DNA of 64,000 nt from Candidatus Cloacimonadota bacterium (GTDB lineage Bacteria > Cloacimonadota > Cloacimonadia > JGIOTU-2), in contig JAGMCF010000151.1 in NCBI GenBank assembly GCA_023129415.1, forward strand, positions 1,616 to 65,615, in the 5' to 3' direction. The position numbers and the translations under genes are program-made. Of this stretch, positions 56,783 to 64,000 are shown piece by piece. The notes beneath the pieces are model-generated. The model was not told where the DNA came from, did not search any database, and saw only the letters and a program-made list of their open reading frames with translations. Within the stretch, counting starts at the first letter, position 1, and each line of letters starts with the position of its first letter.

Positions 56783-59761
56783 TATAATCATTTTCCTAAT
56801 TTCTGATTTGAAATTCTTAGTTTCGAGTTGATAGAAATATACACCATTTGACACCAATTTTCCAGAAAAATCTTTTCCGTTCCAATATATGGAGTAGCCC
56901 CGATGTATCGGGGCTATTGTGGAGAGAGACTCTCCACACTCCAAAGTTTTCACTAATTGCCCCTTGATGTTATAAATCTTTATCTGCCGTGATCCGTGTA
57001 AATCTGTGGCTAAATTAAATGAGATCGTAGTATATATGCTGAAAGGATTAGGATAATTCTGTAAAATAATTGAATTTTTCACTTTTGTTGATTGCTCATC
57101 CACACCAACTATTGCATCAAGTCCTCCTGAATAGCAATATACCCAGCCATTTCTACCACCAACCACCATTTCCATTGAACCATCACAAGCAATATCTGGG
57201 ATTGCTGCAATAGCATCAACAGGTGTTCCAACATATATTGACTCCAATTCTGAGCCATTTACTCCATTAAGGAAATAAGCATAATTATTTGAGTAAAGAG
57301 TTCCAACAACCAAATCATTAATTCCATCTCCACTTACATCAGCAATTCTTGAAGCATTCCACGGTTGGTCTGCAACTGGATGATTCCAAATTTGATTTCC
57401 ACTATATCCATCAACTACAAGAGCATTATGAAAACCGCTATGTGCAATAACAAAATCTGAATAGCCATCACCGTTTACATCATCTAATTTGTCCAATCTA
57501 AGTATGATGGCTGTTCCAATGTAACCATTATAGATTTCATCTCCATTTGTTGGATCAATAAAATAATAATGCCCACTAAAGTCACCGGAAATAATATCCT
57601 TAATTCTATCTCCATTGACATCATCTAACTGTGCTAATGCCCAGACAGAGGAACCAGGAGTATCAAATGACCAGAATATAGTACCAGTTTCTCCATTAAT
57701 ACCATAGGCATAACCTATGGTTTCATATTCATTAGAAGCACCAGCCAATACATCTGGTTGTCCGTCACCTGTGCAGTCTTCAATTCCAATTACAGAGAAA
57801 CCGGGTCCACCTAATGGGCATTCCCAAATTGATAATCCAGTTAAACCATCAAGACAATATATTCTTTTTGGACCTGTATCGCTTGCATCATCACCAGTAG
57901 AAGCCAAAACATCAAGAACACCATCACTGTTATAATCGTATTTACAATTAACCTGATAGACCCAGCCACCGCTTCCATATTCGTGTGTATCATGTGTCCA
58001 TATAGTTTCTCCCGTTTTTCCAGAAAGTGTATGTATTGAACGGTCACCACCTGTAGTGCCTACAACTACATCTTTATAGGAATCACTATCTACATCTTGT
58101 GTAATAAATAAACCACGATGTGAAAAGATATTTCCTGAATATATTTCTTTCTCCCAAAGAATATCTGCATAACCAGAAGAATTTCCATTAAAGCAACGAA
58201 TATAATTATCTTCTGAACAGATAATTACATCATCAATATCATCATAATTAATATCGGAAATATGTTCAATTGCTTTGGGACTATTATCCCAGCTCGTTGT
58301 TATTTGATATTGCCATAAAGTCTCACCAATTTCATAATCAGAATCATCACCTGTTCCTTCTAAAGTTACTTCAACAGGATCTTTTCCAGGATCATTACTT
58401 ACGATAAACAATGTTCCTTCATATAAAATAGCTTCTTCAGGATTAAACCAGATACCAATTTGGACAGTATCAAGGACATTTATATTTATTGGAAAACTTA
58501 CATCAGAATCCACAATAAAGTGAGTATCATCACAGTAAATACTATCTATCACTAATGTGGAATCTCCAATGTTTTGAATCTCCATAAACCAGCGAGTTAT
58601 TGCATTGATTCTCACTAAACCGTAATTATGGCTTGTTACGGGTACATAAATACTTGGTCCCGGATTAACTGCATTTCCTGTAAGAGTAATATCAACTTCT
58701 ATGTGTAATGGGTCATTAGATTGTATTGTTGCAATTGCGTTTAAAGGTTCAGGATTTATTGGTGTATATATAAAAGGTATTTCTTCTTGATTTCCAGGAT
58801 TGATAGTTATTGGAAATTCAAGGGGGCAGGTAACACAAATATTGTATCCTGTGAAGTAGACATTATCAATCACTAAATCTGCAGTGCCGATATTTTCAGC
58901 AATTGCATTCCAGGTTGCAGAATCTCCGATAGTTACAGTTCCAAAGTTATGATTTGTAATTGGAACATAGATCTCTGGTGTTCCACCTCCTCCTAAATCA
59001 ATCTTGTAAAGAAAGTCAACATCATAACCTTCTCCATTATCACAATACCAGAGATATTGTCCATCAAATACAATACCTGCGGGATCAACACCTTCTGAGG
59101 GGTATGTCTCTAAAAGAGTTCCATTTGAAGCATCAATCATATAAAGCGCATCTCCCCAGTAGTCAGCCATCCATAGATTGTCGTATTCAATACATAGATC
59201 CCATGGTTGATTATCCGGTGCTGGAAATTGAGTAAAAATATTTCCCAGGGTATCAACCTTATAGATCTCACCATTAGGATCGTAATAGGCAGCAACCCAG
59301 AAATCTCCCTCATCATAAGCAATGCCGGACATATAGTGAGTTGGAAGATCAAATTGTGAAATTAAGTTACCGCTCATATCAAGTTGCATAGCAACAGCTG
59401 GAATTGAACTGCTTCCCGGATGATCGGTTGTCCAGAGATATGAGCCATCATAGGTAAGCCCAAAAGCATCTCCTTGGGGTCCTGTAAATAGTAGAGAATA
59501 ACTTCCATCGCTCGGGTCAATCTGGTATATTCTACCTCCATCTGCGCCATAGATTCCACAGTAAAGATTTGTGCCATCATAAGCAAGTCCGGAAGCACTT
59601 TCTGGAATGGGGTAAGTTGCTACAATCGTCCAATCACGATTTTTTAAACTATTATTTTCAAATTCATTTGCTTGAAGATTATTTGAAGAGCTCGCTAATA
59701 CAAATGTTGGTAATATTAACAAGGTAAGAAATAAGCCAATCATTTTACTTTTTTTCATCAT
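56774..59761 (-). CDS. Large secreted protein: N-terminal propeller-like region, two Ig-like (HYDIN/ASH-type) domains, FG-GAP/VCBS repeats, T9SS-type C-terminal sorting domain
   Basis: Signal peptide. Repeated HNFGTVTIGD...GTADLVIDNVYF and HNYGLVRIN...GDSTLVIDSIYC. FG-GAP-like DVNGDGYSDFVIA, DVSGDGINDLVVG, DCTGDGQPDVLAG. C-terminus NYPNPF...IYNIKGQLV...GVYFYQLET. Confidence 0.75.
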   Translation of the reverse strand: MMKKSKMIGLFLTLLILPTFVLASSSNNLQANEFENNSLKNRDWTIVATYPIPESASGLAYDGTNLYCGIYGADGGRIYQIDPSDGSYSLLFTGPQGDAFGLTYDGSYLWTTDHPGSSSIPAVAMQLDMSGNLISQFDLPTHYMSGIAYDEGDFWVAAYYDPNGEIYKVDTLGNIFTQFPAPDNQPWDLCIEYDNLWMADYWGDALYMIDASNGTLLETYPSEGVDPAGIVFDGQYLWYCDNGEGYDVDFLYKIDLGGGGTPEIYVPITNHNFGTVTIGDSATWNAIAENIGTADLVIDNVYFTGYNICVTCPLEFPITINPGNQEEIPFIYTPINPEPLNAIATIQSNDPLHIEVDITLTGNAVNPGPSIYVPVTSHNYGLVRINAITRWFMEIQNIGDSTLVIDSIYCDDTHFIVDSDVSFPININVLDTVQIGIWFNPEEAILYEGTLFIVSNDPGKDPVEVTLEGTGDDSDYEIGETLWQYQITTSWDNSPKAIEHISDINYDDIDDVIICSEDNYIRCFNGNSSGYADILWEKEIYSGNIFSHRGLFITQDVDSDSYKDVVVGTTGGDRSIHTLSGKTGETIWTHDTHEYGSGGWVYQVNCKYDYNSDGVLDVLASTGDDASDTGPKRIYCLDGLTGLSIWECPLGGPGFSVIGIEDCTGDGQPDVLAGASNEYETIGYAYGINGETGTIFWSFDTPGSSVWALAQLDDVNGDRIKDIISGDFSGHYYFIDPTNGDEIYNGYIGTAIILRLDKLDDVNGDGYSDFVIAHSGFHNALVVDGYSGNQIWNHPVADQPWNASRIADVSGDGINDLVVGTLYSNNYAYFLNGVNGSELESIYVGTPVDAIAAIPDIACDGSMEMVVGGRNGWVYCYSGGLDAIVGVDEQSTKVKNSIILQNYPNPFSIYTTISFNLATDLHGSRQIKIYNIKGQLVKTLECGESLSTIAPIHRGYSIYWNGKDFSGKLVSNGVYFYQLETKNFKSEIRKMIILR

Positions 59762-59944
59762 AACTCCTTTTTGATTTTGTTATGTGTAAAGTAAGCATTT
59801 TTTCTCCATTTGAATTTTGAGCTTACTCTAAAAAGGTCAAAATTAAAACATGTTAGAAAATCTTTCAAATATTTGGAAACCGATCCCAGTTAAATAAAAA
59901 AGGATTTAACGGGACAAGTGAATCGGTTAAGAGTTACTATCTTA

Positions 59945-60040
59945 TTATTAACCACCAACTTAAGTTGGTGGTTAATGAAACAAAAAAAAGCATTAACCGT
60001 TTTACTCGTCTGGGCGCCGTAGCCTGAACGGTTTCGTATT
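59945..60040. repeat. Palindrome ttaaccaccaacttaagttggtggttaa plus a GTCTGGGCGCCGTAGCCTGAA module
   Basis: 28-nt perfect palindrome at 59951-59978. aaccgttttactcgtctgggcgccgtagcctgaacggtt at 59996-60034 carries the same 24-mer found (inverted) at 11103-11126. Confidence 0.8.
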
Positions 60041-60446
60041 TTATTAAATATGACTTTTTAGAGTGGACTCAATTTTATTTAATCAAATTTAATATTTTTT
60101 TAAATAGCTTCAATTAAAATTGTCAAGAAATAATTTCAAATATTTTTTTCTTAACTAATAAAGATAAAATAGAGTAAAGATAAGAACATAACTTTGTAAA
60201 TTGATTAAACACCGTAAACACTGAAATGCACCGAAAAAAGATAATTACTTTCGGTGTTCCTCGGTGTTCTCGGCTTGCCTCGTAAGGAAGAATGACCCCA
60301 GTTGGATAAAAGAATCAAACGGGGTAAACTGTATCGGGGTGGTGAATAAAAACATTGAAATTCCGATACAATAAAACACGGTGTCCACCCGAATAGGCAT
60401 GAACACCGCTTTGATTTTTCAATTCTAATATTTTTTATTTTAAATT

Positions 60447-62102
<1,656 letters not shown>

Positions 62103-62117
62103 TTATTTTATTAATTT

Positions 62118-64000
62118 TTATTTTTGCACAATGAAAATTCTTTCATTTTTGCTGTCAACAAAAATTCTATGTATTCTATCAGAATTTTGAACTTCATCAT
62201 GTTTTTTGGGGATACCTTTTAATATTTCAATAGCAATTTTATTTTCAACCTCTCTTTGAATAAGCCTCTTTAAAGGCCTTGCTCCATACTGCGGATCAAA
62301 ACCGTGTTGTGTTAGATATTTCTTAGCTGGTTCAGAAATCTCCAACTCCAGACCTTGATGTGACAACCTTTCTCGTAAATCAGCAATTTGAATGTCAAGA
62401 ATCTTAACTAAATCATCTTTAGTTAGTCTATGGAAAATTATTATCTCATCTAAACGGTTCAAGAATTCTGGACGGAAATGAGATTGTAGTGCTTTCATTA
62501 AAACTGGTCTGGAAACCTCATCATTACTATCCTCCATAAAAATTTGTTCAGAAGCAATATTAGAGGTCATAATTATAGCAGAATTTGAAAAATCTACTGT
62601 CCTGCCTTGTCCATCAGTAAGTCTACCATCTTCCATTATCTGAAGCAGGATGTTAAAAACATCGTGATGTGCTTTCTCAATTTCATCAAACAAAATCACA
62701 CTATATGGTCTTCTTCTTACAGCTTCAGTTAGCTGACCACCTTCTTCATATCCAACATATCCGGGAGGAGCACCAACTAATTTTGAAACAGTATGTCTTT
62801 CCATAAATTCTGACATATCAATTCTAACCATAGCTTTTTCAGAATTAAACAGGAATATTGAAAGTGTTTTTGCTAATTCAGTTTTACCAACACCAGTTGG
62901 ACCAAGAAACATAAAAGTTCCAATCGGTCTGTGTTCCGGACTTATTCCAGCACGATTCCTACGAATAGCATTTGCAACAGCATTTATAGCTTCATCTTGA
63001 CCAATAACACGCTTATGCAACTCATCTTCCATTCGCAAAAACTTACTGGTTTCACTCTCAAGCATTTTTGAAATAGGTATATGAGTCCATTTAGAGACAA
63101 TTTCAGCAATATCATTTTCATCAATCTCTTCTTTTAAAATTCGAGTATCTTTTTGAAGGTTTTCCAATTTTTTATTCATCTTTTTTAGTTCATCAGATAG
63201 TTCTCGTAATTTTCCATATTTCAATTCTGCCGCTCTTGTAAGATTACCTTCTCTCTCTGCTTTTTGCATCTCAATCTTTGTTGTATCAATTTGTTTTTTT
63301 ATTTCTCCAATTTTACTAATCAACTCCTTTTCAAAATTCCAATGAGTTCTAATGTGATTTGCCTTTTCTTTCAAATCAGATAATTTCTTTTTAATCTCTT
63401 CCTGTCTTGCTTTTGATTTTGCATCCTTTTCTTTACGGAGGGAATGATTTTCAATTTCAAGCTGACGGATTTTTCTTTCGATCTCGTCTAATTCTTCTGG
63501 CAGGCTGTCAATTTGTAAACGGATATGAGCACAAGCTTCATCAATCAAGTCAATTGCCTTGTCTGGCAAAAAACGATCTGAAATATATCTTTCTGAAAGT
63601 GTCGCGGCAGCAATAATTGCAGAATCCTTAATTTTCACACCATGATGAATTTCATATTTTTCTTTGATTCCTCTTAATATTGAAATTGTATCATTCACAT
63701 CTGGTTCAAAAACCATAATTGGTTGAAATCGTCGCTCCAAAGCAGCATCTTTCTCAATATATTTTCTGTATTCATTTAAAGTAGTTGCACCAATACAATG
63801 TAATTCTCCTCTTGCCAGAGCAGGTTTTAACATATTTGAAGCATCTATCGCACCTTCAGCAGCACCGGCTCCAACAACTGTGTGCAACTCATCAATAAAA
63901 AGTATTATTCGTCCTTGTGCAGATTCAACCTCCTTTAACACAGCTTTTAATCTATCTTCAAATTCTCCTCTAAATTTTGCTCCAGCCAAAAGTGCTCCCA
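62118..64000 (-). CDS. clpB: ClpB disaggregase (AAA+), N-terminal part beyond window
   Basis: [19 protein letters not shown], long coiled-coil M-domain, second AAA module [29 protein letters not shown]. The open frame continues to the window edge. Confidence 0.95.
   Translation of the reverse strand, partial: GALLAGAKFRGEFEDRLKAVLKEVESAQGRIILFIDELHTVVGAGAAEGAIDASNMLKPALARGELHCIGATTLNEYRKYIEKDAALERRFQPIMVFEPDVNDTISILRGIKEKYEIHHGVKIKDSAIIAAATLSERYISDRFLPDKAIDLIDEACAHIRLQIDSLPEELDEIERKIRQLEIENHSLRKEKDAKSKARQEEIKKKLSDLKEKANHIRTHWNFEKELISKIGEIKKQIDTTKIEMQKAEREGNLTRAAELKYGKLRELSDELKKMNKKLENLQKDTRILKEEIDENDIAEIVSKWTHIPISKMLESETSKFLRMEDELHKRVIGQDEAINAVANAIRRNRAGISPEHRPIGTFMFLGPTGVGKTELAKTLSIFLFNSEKAMVRIDMSEFMERHTVSKLVGAPPGYVGYEEGGQLTEAVRRRPYSVILFDEIEKAHHDVFNILLQIMEDGRLTDGQGRTVDFSNSAIIMTSNIASEQIFMEDSNDEVSRPVLMKALQSHFRPEFLNRLDEIIIFHRLTKDDLVKILDIQIADLRERLSHQGLELEISEPAKKYLTQHGFDPQYGARPLKRLIQREVENKIAIEILKGIPKKHDEVQNSDRIHRIFVDSKNERIFIVQK

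Overview
AT-rich bacterial chromosome segment with about 60 protein genes. All but four are on the minus strand, tightly packed, with many overlapping stop/start codons. The lineage is probably an uncultured FCB-related, Cloacimonadota-like organism; this is inference from composition, T9SS-type sorting domains and Sec machinery, not a search result.

Content, left to right:
(i) A surface-polysaccharide locus in two blocks (1-5554 and 12582-24425): deacetylase, two Wzx-type flippases, several GT4-type glycosyltransferases, a methyltransferase, an SDR epimerase, WecB, a Wzy/O-antigen-ligase-like protein, Wzz and a Wza/SLBB exporter. The blocks are split by housekeeping genes (tkt, rph, yihY, a MacB-type ABC pair, smpB), and the locus carries three gene remnants.
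(ii) hutI, ispF, ispD, ribF, a TonB-dependent receptor and two toxin-antitoxin pairs.
(iii) truB and the rimP-nusA-ylxR-ylxQ-infB-DUF503-rbfA-nrnA block.
(iv) A selenocysteine locus: a NifS-like desulfurase fused to SelD, selB, selA and tRNA-Sec. It is interrupted by the only plus-strand genes in the window (GNAT, a GC-rich RRM gene, brnTA).
(v) A DsbD-like protein, then two very large propeller proteins with T9SS-type C-terminal domains flanking a TrmB regulator.
(vi) groEL directly after clpB.

The most unusual signal is non-genic. Almost every intergenic gap from about 27 kb onward is filled by GC-rich, self-complementary modules drawn from a small shared vocabulary.
- Paralogous copies differ by clean presence/absence of whole hairpins, often nested in the loop of another hairpin.
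- One 17-nt hairpin is flanked by a perfect 9-bp direct repeat.
- Two inverted copies of a 157-184 bp TIR-bounded element bracket the nusA-infB operon.
- Several modules supply the last codons and stop codon of genes, or sit in frame inside genes.

I found no CRISPR array, no rRNA, no integrase or transposase gene, and no in-frame-UGA selenoprotein gene. All homology calls rest on motif recognition by eye, not database searches.
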